A stretch of 32,345 nt of DNA from a virus: the IMG/VR virus record IMGVR_UViG_3300045988_077901, positions 1-32,345 of that record. The stretch is one strand, 5' to 3'. Positions 1 to 7,071 of this stretch are shown here, piece after piece. The notes under the pieces were generated by a model. That model searched no databases and had not been told where the DNA came from. It saw only the letters and a list, made by a program, of their open reading frames with translations. Made by a program: the position numbers and the translations under genes. Each line of letters starts with the position of its first letter. Position 1 is the stretch's first letter.

Positions 1-99
1 CATTTGACTACTACGGTAATGACTTCACACCGCCCAAATATAGACACGAACTATTCTCTAATGAGAATAGTTCGTGTAATTCTCCTATGGTGGAGCCTA
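1..99. repeat. Terminal direct repeat, identical to 32247..32345 (end overlap of a circular 32,246-bp genome)
   Basis: Read directly: catttgactactacggtaatgac...ctatggtggagccta is present at both window ends with a constant offset of 32246. Confidence 0.95.
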
Positions 100-200
100 A
101 GCGAAAGACTGCGAACGCGCATAAAATCACCCTCAAAAGTTGTTATGTGCAGGTTAGCCGCAATTGGTTTGTAATTGTCAGCAACTTAAAGAACACCTGA
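1..200 (+). CDS. Large serine recombinase, last ~65 codons plus TGA stop (continuation of 30890..32345 across the circular junction)
   Basis: Frame of the 30890 ORF maps onto codon starts 99,102..; translation ...EPKRKTANAHKITLKSCYVQVSRNWFVIVSNLKNT then TGA at 198-200; no earlier in-frame stop. Confidence 0.8.
   Translation, partial: FDYYGNDFTPPKYRHELFSNENSSCNSPMVEPKRKTANAHKITLKSCYVQVSRNWFVIVSNLKNT
44..77. repeat. Perfect inverted repeat ACACGAACTATTCTC-TAAT-GAGAATAGTTCGTGT (same bases also at 32290..32323); candidate serine-recombinase attP core
   Basis: 15-bp arms are exact reverse complements, 4-bp spacer; lies inside the 3' end of the recombinase ORF in a locally AT-richer stretch. Confidence 0.9.
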
Positions 201-233
201 TGGGCGGCTCAATATAAGCCCGTATAAGACACG

Positions 234-268
234 AAAACGGGGCACCCCTTGTTAGGGTGCCCCGTTTT
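234..268. terminator. Bidirectional rho-independent terminator between recombinase (+) and endolysin (-)
   Basis: AAAACGGGGCACCC-cttgtta-GGGTGCCCCGTTTT: 14-bp stem (10-bp GC core) with A4 and T4 at its outer ends, between two convergent stop codons (198-200 and 272-274). Confidence 0.75.
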
Positions 269-271
269 AAG

Positions 272-1318
272 CTAGATTTTCAAGACTTGCCCCGGATAAA
301 TAACATTCGGGTTTGCAATGCCGTTTTTCGCCGCTAACGTCTGGTAGGTGGTGCCGTATTTCGCGGCAATTCCTGAAAGCGTGTCACCTGATTTCACGGT
401 GTAGGTTTGGCCGTTGGAAACGTTGCCGTTAACAATCGCCATAACTTCATTGTAGCGGCTCGCAAGAATCGCTTTGCGTTCTGAACCGTTGCGGTACTTG
501 CCCGCCCATGTTTCCTTCGCCAACTCTTCAGCAGACGCGCCGGCAATATGATTCACCATCTGTTGTACTTCGGTGAAGCGCGAACCAAGCGCCGTAGCGC
601 GTGCAGAACCGTTGCCGTAATCGCCATTAAACACACCGGCTACAAGGTCTAGCAAGTCCATGTTTTCAACGCCGGTTGCCGGTTCGGTCGGTTGCGGTGC
701 CGGCTGAACGTTTCCGCCAGCAGCGGCCATGCGCTGCCATCCGCTCGCATCCATATAGGCTTTGTTCAAGTCTAGGTTTCCGCCCCAACCGTCAAGCCGG
801 CCAGCGCTCGAATACTGGCGAACGTCGCACGTATAGGCACCTTCATTCCATGGGTTGGCCTGAATCCCCGTTTGGTTCATGTTCGCGTATTGTGCAACCC
901 ATGTTGGGCAACCGTGCTTCTTTGCAATATCCCATGGAAACACGCTTTGGCTTGAATAGATCATTGGCGCAACGCCGGTGATCTCTTTTACCTTAGCGGT
1001 AAGGGCATCGAGATAGCCGACGTTGCCCCAAGCGCTGTTCTGCTCGCTTTCCCAGTCAAGCGCAATAATGCCCTTGCCCAAGTAACCTTTGATGCTATCG
1101 GCGAAATGCCTAGCTTCAGCATCAACGCCAGCGCCGTTAATGTAATGGTAAACGCCGAAGCAAAGGCCGCGTTTAATGGCCTGTTGCACTTGCCTGTCAC
1201 AATCGGGCGAAACATAGCTTGCGCCCTGCGTCGCCTTGCAAATCACAAAATCAATTGGCAGAACATCAAGATTGATGCCCTTTTGCCAATTGCTAACGTC
1301 AATTCCTTGCATTGCCAT
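272..1318 (-). CDS. Endolysin: GH25 muramidase + two CW_7 (Cpl-7-type) repeats + C-terminal LysM
   Basis: [23 protein letters not shown] (GH25); [25 protein letters not shown] and [25 protein letters not shown] (CW_7-like); [30 protein letters not shown] (LysM); GGGAGGT RBS before ATG 1318. Confidence 0.9.
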   Translation of the reverse strand: MAMQGIDVSNWQKGINLDVLPIDFVICKATQGASYVSPDCDRQVQQAIKRGLCFGVYHYINGAGVDAEARHFADSIKGYLGKGIIALDWESEQNSAWGNVGYLDALTAKVKEITGVAPMIYSSQSVFPWDIAKKHGCPTWVAQYANMNQTGIQANPWNEGAYTCDVRQYSSAGRLDGWGGNLDLNKAYMDASGWQRMAAAGGNVQPAPQPTEPATGVENMDLLDLVAGVFNGDYGNGSARATALGSRFTEVQQMVNHIAGASAEELAKETWAGKYRNGSERKAILASRYNEVMAIVNGNVSNGQTYTVKSGDTLSGIAAKYGTTYQTLAAKNGIANPNVIYPGQVLKI

Positions 1319-2006
1319 AATTACCTCCCGAAATGCAGACGAAATAGAATAGATCTGATTGCTTCAGTTCTTCCAGTGTGAAAGACCGCGCCGAATTGCC
1401 GGCGCTTGCCGGGTCGCGCACCCAATATCCGCCGTCATCGTGCCGCCAGACCATGACAACATGGCTGTTGTATTTGGCATCGCCGAAAGCGCCATGCACG
1501 CCGGCGAACGCAAGCGCCCCCGAATCAACCATTGCAAGCGCTTCATCAAGGCTGTAAAGCTTACCTGTGCATGAAATGCCATAGCTTGGGTAAGCTGCTT
1601 CAATCCATTGCGCGAACTTTTCAGGATCGTTTACCCCGTCCGTCAAGCAGGAATCGCCGACAACGCCGGCAAGGTCGCGCGGCGTTACGTCCTGCGTTGT
1701 TAGGTACTTGACGGCCATTGCGGCGCACACAAGCCCGCATCCGCTATCAGCAATGGTTCCGCCGGCATAAGGTACGTTTGCCCACTGAACTTCAGTTTGC
1801 AGGTACAGCGGCATATACGTGCCGGCGGGAATGGGCTTTTGCGGGCGCTCGACAACAACAAGCGGTTCTTGCTGCTCCTGCTCTTCATGCTCCCAAGCGT
1901 TGCTTGCGACAACAAGCAGGAACAACGCAATAACCAATGCTGCAAGCGCACCGCAAAGGAACGTCAACACCTCGCGCAACGGCGGGTGCTGGCTATGCGC
2001 TCGCAT
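1299..2006 (-). CDS. Membrane-anchored papain-like cysteine peptidase (peptidase C39-like), probable second lysin
   Basis: N-terminal [22 protein letters not shown], then [17 protein letters not shown] Cys motif and HVVMVW..GYWVRDP; track start 2078 is a TTG inside the holin gene, so ATG 2006 is preferred. Confidence 0.55.
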   Translation of the reverse strand: MRAHSQHPPLREVLTFLCGALAALVIALFLLVVASNAWEHEEQEQQEPLVVVERPQKPIPAGTYMPLYLQTEVQWANVPYAGGTIADSGCGLVCAAMAVKYLTTQDVTPRDLAGVVGDSCLTDGVNDPEKFAQWIEAAYPSYGISCTGKLYSLDEALAMVDSGALAFAGVHGAFGDAKYNSHVVMVWRHDDGGYWVRDPASAGNSARSFTLEELKQSDLFYFVCISGGNYGNARN

Positions 2007-2274
2007 GGTCGTTTCTCGGCTCGGTGTAGGCCATAACTTGCTTGGTGTCGCCAACGCCTTTTGTGGTCGGGTCAACAACTACGCCAATGACAATGAGGAC
2101 ACCAAATACCGCATCAACTACGGCAAGCAATTGCGCTTGCAACCCCTGCAAATCAAGTTGAAATCCGAACAACGCCGCAATTGCCTGAACAGCGAGAAGA
2201 ACGGCGGGAATGAACGCCATCCAAAACAGCTTGTTCTTTGCCCTAACAATAAGATTGATCTTCAAGTTTTCCAT
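1993..2274 (-). CDS. Holin (phi LC3 / Phage_holin_1-like)
   Basis: KNKLFWMAFIPAVLLAVQ..VIGVVVDPTTKGVGDTKQVMAY matches the family signature DPTTKG; two TM segments; AGGGGGA RBS. Confidence 0.85.
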   Translation of the reverse strand: MENLKINLIVRAKNKLFWMAFIPAVLLAVQAIAALFGFQLDLQGLQAQLLAVVDAVFGVLIVIGVVVDPTTKGVGDTKQVMAYTEPRNDHASA

Positions 2275-2282
2275 GATTCCCC

Positions 2283-2606
2283 CTAATCAACGACAAGATA
2301 CGGTTTCTTTTTCGCCCGTATCTCTTCCATGTACTTTTTTGCGGTGCCGTTGCCGCCAAGAACCAAATAGGCTTCAAACTCGCGTTCCAGTTCGTCATAG
2401 CGCGAAATCGTCATGTGCTTGCCGCGCACAATGTAATCTTCGTAAGCGTCGAAAATGTCACGTCGCGCCGTGCATTTGTCAATCTCAATTCGCGCCTTGT
2501 CCAGCTTTGTTAGGTGTTTAAGCTGCGCCACAAGGAACCCAAGAACGCCGGCAACAGCCATTCCGACAATGGTTGTCAAAGCTTCGTTCGCCATCAAGTG
2601 AGCCAT
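2283..2606 (-). CDS. Small N-terminally membrane-anchored protein, possible holin-associated factor
   Basis: MAHLMANEALTTIVGMAVAGVLGFLVAQL TM then charged helical tail; ATG 2606 overlaps the upstream TAA (TAATG); sits directly upstream of the holin. Confidence 0.4.
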   Translation of the reverse strand: MAHLMANEALTTIVGMAVAGVLGFLVAQLKHLTKLDKARIEIDKCTARRDIFDAYEDYIVRGKHMTISRYDELEREFEAYLVLGGNGTAKKYMEEIRAKKKPYLVVD

Positions 2607-3046
2607 TACGCCGCCACCTCTTGCCAAACGCTCGCGGTGTCGGCAGAACCGGGCTTCCACACGTTGTTGTCAACAAGCGAAACCCACTTTTTGCCATCGT
2701 GCATGACAACGGCACCGGCTGCGTATCCGTTCGTTGAATCGGGCTGCACCCATTCCGGCACCTCTTCAGCGCCCGGGCTGTCGGCGGCTGCAAGGTTTCG
2801 CGCCCAAAGGCTGTGCGCCGCCTCTGGTGTCCAGTCAGGTTGCGACGTGTGCGCAAGCAAGCACACGTAAAGCACGCCGCCATAAAGCACGCGTTCGCCC
2901 TCGGTGTAGTAGTGGGCTGCTCCCGTCCATTCGGCGTAAAGCGCGGGCGCGATTTCCGCCAAGTCATCTGAAAGCCCCGGCGCTTGCGTCTGGTAGATCG
3001 CAATAATTCCGCGCAACGCGGCTTCCTCTTCTGCTGTAAATGCCAT
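2606..3046 (-). CDS. Protein with two CBM5/12-like aromatic carbohydrate-binding repeats
   Basis: YTEGERVLYGGVLYVCLLAHTSQPDWTPEAAHSLW and YAAGAVVMHDGKKWVSLVDNNVWKPG..SVW resemble the CBM5/12 pattern; AGGGAG RBS before ATG 3046. Confidence 0.45.
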   Translation of the reverse strand: MAFTAEEEAALRGIIAIYQTQAPGLSDDLAEIAPALYAEWTGAAHYYTEGERVLYGGVLYVCLLAHTSQPDWTPEAAHSLWARNLAAADSPGAEEVPEWVQPDSTNGYAAGAVVMHDGKKWVSLVDNNVWKPGSADTASVWQEVAA

Positions 3047-3067
3047 GTTTGCTCCCTAACAATAGGA

Positions 3068-3087
3068 AAGCCCGCAAAAGCGGGCTT
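3068..3087 (-). terminator. Hairpin after the RT gene (AAGCCCGC-TTTT-GCGGGCTT on the minus strand)
   Basis: 8-bp GC stem and 4-nt loop, followed on the minus strand by TCCTATTGTT; lies between the RT stop (3116) and the next start (3046). Confidence 0.5.
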
Positions 3088-3115
3088 GTGGCCTGTAATC
3101 AGTTGTGTGTATGGT

Positions 3116-4312
3116 TCATCCGAAAAGCTGCGAAAACAGCGCGTCCATAGCCCTAACGGTTCTCCTTGCGTCAAGCTTCAGCATCGAACCGCGCCAAGAT
3201 TGATAGCTTTGCAACGCCTGTTCCCTCGTCATTTCGCCGCGCTCCACGAATGCGGCAAGCTTCTTCAGCTTGCGGCGCTGGCGCGTTACGGCGGAACGGC
3301 AAGGCCGCACAATAACTTTTCCTGTCTCTCCATAGTTGAACCTCTTCTTTAGATAGGTGAACCCGCGCGAAAGCTTAACGATGCGGGTTTTCTTGTCGTT
3401 AATGACTATGCCCAACTTTTCGCATTCCGCCCGAATGTCCGATAGCACGCCGTGAAGGTCTGCTTTGTCAAGGGCAATGCAATAAAGGTCATCCATGTAA
3501 CGCCCGCTGTGAAGAACGCACGGCGTGCGCAACAAAAGGTGGTCTATAGGGCTTGGCAACGCTACTGCTAATATCTGGTTCGGCTCGCTGCCAAGCCCAA
3601 GGCCACGGGTGCCGTGGGAATCAATTTGCGCATACACAAGTTCTTTGATTCGGTCATCGATGATTGACCTGTCAACAAGGCGCTTGCAAGCGTCATGGTC
3701 AATGTTGCCGAAGTAGCTTGAAAAGTCCACCAGCAGCACGTAACCTTCGCTGCCGTGCTTCTGGTAGTGCTTTGCAAGCTGCTGCTTGAGCCTGTCAACC
3801 GCGTAAGATGTGCCGCGCCCCTTAATGTTTGCCGTGCAACCGGCGGTAAGGGTCGGCCAGATCGCGGGCGCAAGCGCATATCGGTTCAATGCCTTGTGTA
3901 TAACGCGCTCCGAATAGTGTACGGACGTTATGTGCCGAAGCTTCCCGCGCTCGCGAATATCGAACTCAACGAAACCGCGCCTTATGTCCTTTCCCGAAAG
4001 CAAATCTTCACGGGCTTTGCAGACGTTGGGCAAGCAACGCGCCAAATAGCGTTGAACTGCCGATTTCCAACCCACGCCATGGGCGCAAGCCTGTGCGCAT
4101 CTGTAAAGGTTGTCAACGTCTGCAACCTGTTCAATGGTGCATCGTTCAAGGCGCTTTTCTCGGTTCGCCGCGCGTTTCGCATCGCGGCGGGCACGTCGTG
4201 CAGCCCGCCGCTCTTCGGATTTCACGGGCACCCCGCACGGCTTGCAATCGGCATTCCGTAGCCGCTTAGGCACCAACAATGAAACGCAAGCAAATGCCGA
4301 AACCTGCGCCAT
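3116..4312 (-). CDS. DGR reverse transcriptase
   Basis: RT motifs LLVDFSSYFGNIDH, GLGLGSEPNQILAVALPSPIDH, GRYMDDLYCIA, NDKKTRIV; immediately downstream of TR and avd. Confidence 0.9.
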   Translation of the reverse strand: MAQVSAFACVSLLVPKRLRNADCKPCGVPVKSEERRAARRARRDAKRAANREKRLERCTIEQVADVDNLYRCAQACAHGVGWKSAVQRYLARCLPNVCKAREDLLSGKDIRRGFVEFDIRERGKLRHITSVHYSERVIHKALNRYALAPAIWPTLTAGCTANIKGRGTSYAVDRLKQQLAKHYQKHGSEGYVLLVDFSSYFGNIDHDACKRLVDRSIIDDRIKELVYAQIDSHGTRGLGLGSEPNQILAVALPSPIDHLLLRTPCVLHSGRYMDDLYCIALDKADLHGVLSDIRAECEKLGIVINDKKTRIVKLSRGFTYLKKRFNYGETGKVIVRPCRSAVTRQRRKLKKLAAFVERGEMTREQALQSYQSWRGSMLKLDARRTVRAMDALFSQLFG

Positions 4313-4430
4313 GCAAGCAGCGGTCTGCGGTACCCACGGGGTGCATATTTACGGCCATATGGCCGAACGTCGCACCTTCCTTCCTCTTCTGCACGGATTG
4401 CGGACGCATCCGCAATGGCTGGCATTTTCA

Positions 4431-4560
4431 AGGAATCACGGGCGCGGGCGCACCCACTCATTAGTGGCCGAATTGTTGTTGCAGTTGCCGTTGCTGTTGA
4501 CATTGCACACGTTGGACGCGGAACCGCCCATGACGGAACGCAACCACCAATTGACGCGCT
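4431..4560 (-). repeat. DGR template repeat (TR)
   Basis: 130 bp aligning base for base with 5071..5200 (offset 640); 116/130 identical; rich in AAY codons when read in the target frame. Confidence 0.9.
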
Positions 4561-4585
4561 AAACAAGATGCGACGTATGGTTATT

Positions 4586-4993
4586 CTACCCTTGCCCAAT
4601 CAATTTCACACCCTTTCTTGCGCCCTTGATTAGCTTTATCGCCGTTTCAACATCTTCTGCCATCCGCTCGCACCTGCTCACCTTCACAATGCCAAGTTCG
4701 ATAAGGCATTGCAGGTCTTGCATGATCTGCTCGCAGTCCGCAACGGCAAGCGTCATGTAATGCCGCCGCTGGCAAACGTTGTGTTCGGTGTTGGGGTAGA
4801 ACGCGTTTGCGGTCACAAGGTTGTGAACGATGCTTCGCGCTGTTTCCGCCATCGGGACGGCAAACACGAATCGGTATGACTTCGGCAACGCCGAAGAAGT
4901 AACAAGCGCCGTGATCTCTTTTCTGATTCTAACGGCGGTTGTGAAATACTCGTAATTGCTCAAATCGCGATAGCGGGCTAGAACTGTACTCAA
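4586..4993 (-). CDS. avd: Accessory variability determinant (Avd-like, four-helix-bundle type)
   Basis: 135-aa helical basic protein between target and TR, the canonical Avd position; TTG start with GAAAGG RBS. Confidence 0.7.
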   Translation of the reverse strand: MSTVLARYRDLSNYEYFTTAVRIRKEITALVTSSALPKSYRFVFAVPMAETARSIVHNLVTANAFYPNTEHNVCQRRHYMTLAVADCEQIMQDLQCLIELGIVKVSRCERMAEDVETAIKLIKGARKGVKLIGQG

Positions 4994-5014
4994 AGCAAGC
5001 CTTTCTTGTATCTA

Positions 5015-5035
5015 GCGCCCGCGCAAGGCGGGCGC
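5015..5035 (-). promoter_or_regulatory. GC-rich hairpin downstream of VR (candidate DGR target-recognition hairpin/cruciform)
   Basis: GCGCCCGC-gcaag-GCGGGCGC, 8-bp all-GC stem; 26 nt past the target stop codon, 36 nt past the VR end. Confidence 0.5.
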
Positions 5036-5060
5036 GGTTAAAGCGCACGGCATCGGCTTA

Positions 5061-5969
5061 TCAGTCTATTAGGAAGCACGGGCGCGGGCGCACCCAGTCA
5101 TTAGCGGCCGAATGGTTGCTGCAGTGGCCGTAGCTGCGGACAATGCACACGTGGGACGCGGAACCGCCCACGACGGAACGCAACCACCAAAAGACGCGCT
5201 CGCCCATCAAGCGGCTTGCCGCGCTGTCGAATATGGGGAAGTGGCAATCCATACCAACAGAATAACCCTTGCTGCCCCAAACAGCGCACCCGTAAACTTC
5301 CATTTCGGACAAAGACCAGACCTTGCCTAGGTCTGCCCATCCCCAGCCGCTAGCTTCAGTAAGCCCACCTGAAGAACCGTAGCGCTGTTCTGCCAACGAA
5401 CGGTGGTTCATAAGAACGTTGCGCAATGCCGCTGGCAAAGCCGGCAAATAATCGCTTATCTCCCAGCCGTGAAGCTTGCTGATTAGGTAGGGTTCTTTCG
5501 TGGTCGCGTTGCCGTTGTTGGTCGCTGTGTCGTTCCACTTGATATAGCTACCGTTTGAAGCCTTAGACCCGCCGACAAGGACGGGTGCCGATGGGACGAA
5601 CGCGATATGGTGCCCCATTGGCGAATCTGAACACTGGTAATAGGGATCAATTGCGCCGATCATGTAACGCACGGTCTGCGCCGGAACGTTCGTGCCGGCT
5701 GTGATTGGAACGTCCATGTAATCGCCGATGCGCAAGCCGGTGAAGTCTCCATCCTGCGCCCGCGATTTCAACCAGGCGTAAATATCGCCGCCAGCAGCGG
5801 CAATCTCCGAAGCGAAAGTGGTTGCAAGCGAACGCCCCTTGAATTGCGCAATGCCCTTTTGGCGGTCGAACTCTTCCTGAACGGTTACGGCGCTGGCAGA
5901 ATCACGCGCCGTTGTGTCTGCGTTCATGTATGTAGTGCCATTTACGTTGAAGCCCTTTAAGTCTGACAT
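5061..5969 (-). CDS. DGR target protein: tail-module receptor-binding candidate with C-type-lectin-like variable C-terminus
   Basis: C-terminus ..VWSLSEMEVYG..FPIF..RVFWWLRSVVGGSASHVCIVRSYGHCSNHSAANDWVRPRPCFLID holds the VR; AGGGGG RBS before ATG 5969 (the track start 5987 is less likely). Confidence 0.85.
   Translation of the reverse strand: MSDLKGFNVNGTTYMNADTTARDSASAVTVQEEFDRQKGIAQFKGRSLATTFASEIAAAGGDIYAWLKSRAQDGDFTGLRIGDYMDVPITAGTNVPAQTVRYMIGAIDPYYQCSDSPMGHHIAFVPSAPVLVGGSKASNGSYIKWNDTATNNGNATTKEPYLISKLHGWEISDYLPALPAALRNVLMNHRSLAEQRYGSSGGLTEASGWGWADLGKVWSLSEMEVYGCAVWGSKGYSVGMDCHFPIFDSAASRLMGERVFWWLRSVVGGSASHVCIVRSYGHCSNHSAANDWVRPRPCFLID
5071..5200 (-). repeat. DGR variable repeat (VR)
   Basis: Differs from TR at 14 positions, 13 of which are A in the TR coding strand; ends 8 nt before the target stop codon. 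Confidence 0.9.
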
Positions 5970-5979
5970 TTTCAGCCCC

Positions 5980-7071
5980 CTAAACAAGTGTGATTATGTT
6001 GTCTGCGAAGGTCGCGCCTGGAATGGAAAGCACGCCGTTTTCTACGGTTGCGCCACGGCTTGCCGGAACGTAGCAAATGCCGTCAATGATTATGTAATCG
6101 TCCGTGGCATCGCAAAGCGCACGCGCAAGCGTCGCATTGTCCCTTTTCAATTGGTCAATATCGGCGCTGCTGGCACCGCCGCCTGAACCGCCGCCGCCAG
6201 AACCAATGACGTTCAAGGCACGCTTCGTTGCGTCCCTCGCATCTTCGGCGGCGCTGTGCGCGTCAGCCGCCGCAATGTCGGCGTTCGCCTTTGCCGTGTT
6301 GGCCGCGCTTGCGGCATCGTTCGCCGCCGTTGCCGCGCTATTGGCGCTCTCAATCGCGGTTTCTACGCGCTCCGCCGCCGCGTTCGCCGCCGTTGCCGCG
6401 CTATTGGCGCTGGCCGCTGCGCTGTTCGCCGAAGATGCGGCGCTTGTTGCGCTGCTTGCAGCGCTGTTGGCAGAAGATGCGGCGCTTGTGGCAGACTGTG
6501 CCGCCGCATTCGCTGCGCTCGCGGCGCTGTTGGCCGCCGTTGTGGCCGCTTCGGCGTTCGTCACGGCTGTTTCGACGCGTGCCACCCCCGCATTCGCTGC
6601 ACTTGCGGCGCTGTTTGCGCTTGCCGCTGCGCTGTTGGCCGAACTTACGGCGGCGTTTCCGCGCTTGATTAAGTTGTCTATTGCGTCATCCCAGCTTTGC
6701 GCCGGTTGCTGTCCGGCTGTGGCGCATTTCAGAATCTCGATTGCGAAGCGCTCCGTTGAGTAGCGCACGCCGTTTTTCTCGAACGCGAAATAGGCTTCGT
6801 CCGTGTAGCCCGGAATGCTGCAAAGCTTGCTTTCGTCAACGGTGACGGTTGCGGCGTTGCCTGAAATGGTGGCCGCTGCGCGGTAGTAGTTCGCCTTGTT
6901 TGGCAACAGCACTTCAAGGTATCCCGTGAAGTCAGTTAGCGCCGCTTCCGCGCCGCCGTCGTAGATAAGCGCCTTGATGGTGGTTCCGTGCTTGTCGCCC
7001 TGACCGACGCGGACAAGGCCAGCGCCCAAGCCGTCCTTGCTAAGGTCTAGTTCAAGCGTGTGCGTGTTCAT
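5980..7071 (-). CDS. Tail fibre / baseplate upper protein (BppU-like N-terminus, Ala/Ser heptad stalk, Gly linker, C-terminal head)
   Basis: N-terminus MNTHTLELDLSKD..VRVGQGDKHGTTIKALIYDGG (BppU_N-like); ~140 aa of SAASSAN-type heptads; GSGGGGSGGG linker. Confidence 0.65.
   Translation of the reverse strand: MNTHTLELDLSKDGLGAGLVRVGQGDKHGTTIKALIYDGGAEAALTDFTGYLEVLLPNKANYYRAAATISGNAATVTVDESKLCSIPGYTDEAYFAFEKNGVRYSTERFAIEILKCATAGQQPAQSWDDAIDNLIKRGNAAVSSANSAAASANSAASAANAGVARVETAVTNAEAATTAANSAASAANAAAQSATSAASSANSAASSATSAASSANSAAASANSAATAANAAAERVETAIESANSAATAANDAASAANTAKANADIAAADAHSAAEDARDATKRALNVIGSGGGGSGGGASSADIDQLKRDNATLARALCDATDDYIIIDGICYVPASRGATVENGVLSIPGATFADNIITLV
6230..6660. repeat. 21-nt periodic GC-rich coding repeats (heptad stalk), including a perfect 31-bp direct repeat at 6318..6348 and 6381..6411
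   Basis: cgttcgccgccgttgccgcgctattggcgct occurs twice 63 bp apart; the surrounding sequence is variations of gccgc(n)ttggc units. Confidence 0.7.

Noticed and set aside
1-99. Terminal repeats as attL/attR of an integrated prophage or as LTR-like element ends
   Set aside because: There is no flanking host sequence outside the repeats, and the window ends exactly at them. A 518-codon ORF also reads continuously through the junction. An assembly overlap of a circular molecule is the simpler reading.
2518-3174. 218-aa minus-strand ORF overlapping the CBM-like gene and the RT 3' end
   Set aside because: It is an Arg-rich shadow-frame translation that spans a terminator hairpin and two better-supported genes, and it has no RBS.
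3116-4312. Retron, group II intron or Abi-type reverse transcriptase
   Set aside because: The adjacent Avd-like gene and a TR/VR pair with adenine-specific differences define a DGR. No intron RNA domains, maturase/endonuclease extension or retron msr/msd-like repeats were seen.
4110-4633. ORFs over the TR (4110-4562, 4222-4599, 4415-4633) and their look-alikes over the VR (5101-5340, 5112-5330)
   Set aside because: Their mutual similarity (for example HVGRGTAHDGTQPP in two plus-strand ORFs) is just the TR/VR nucleotide repeat read in a non-coding frame. TR is expected to be non-coding.
6104-6763. Three long plus-strand ORFs (6104-6763, 6228-6668, 6256-6672) antisense to the fibre gene
   Set aside because: They are low-complexity Ala/Arg/Pro-rich translations produced by GC-rich 21-nt repeats. 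They all overlap a well-supported minus-strand gene and have no RBS or operon context.
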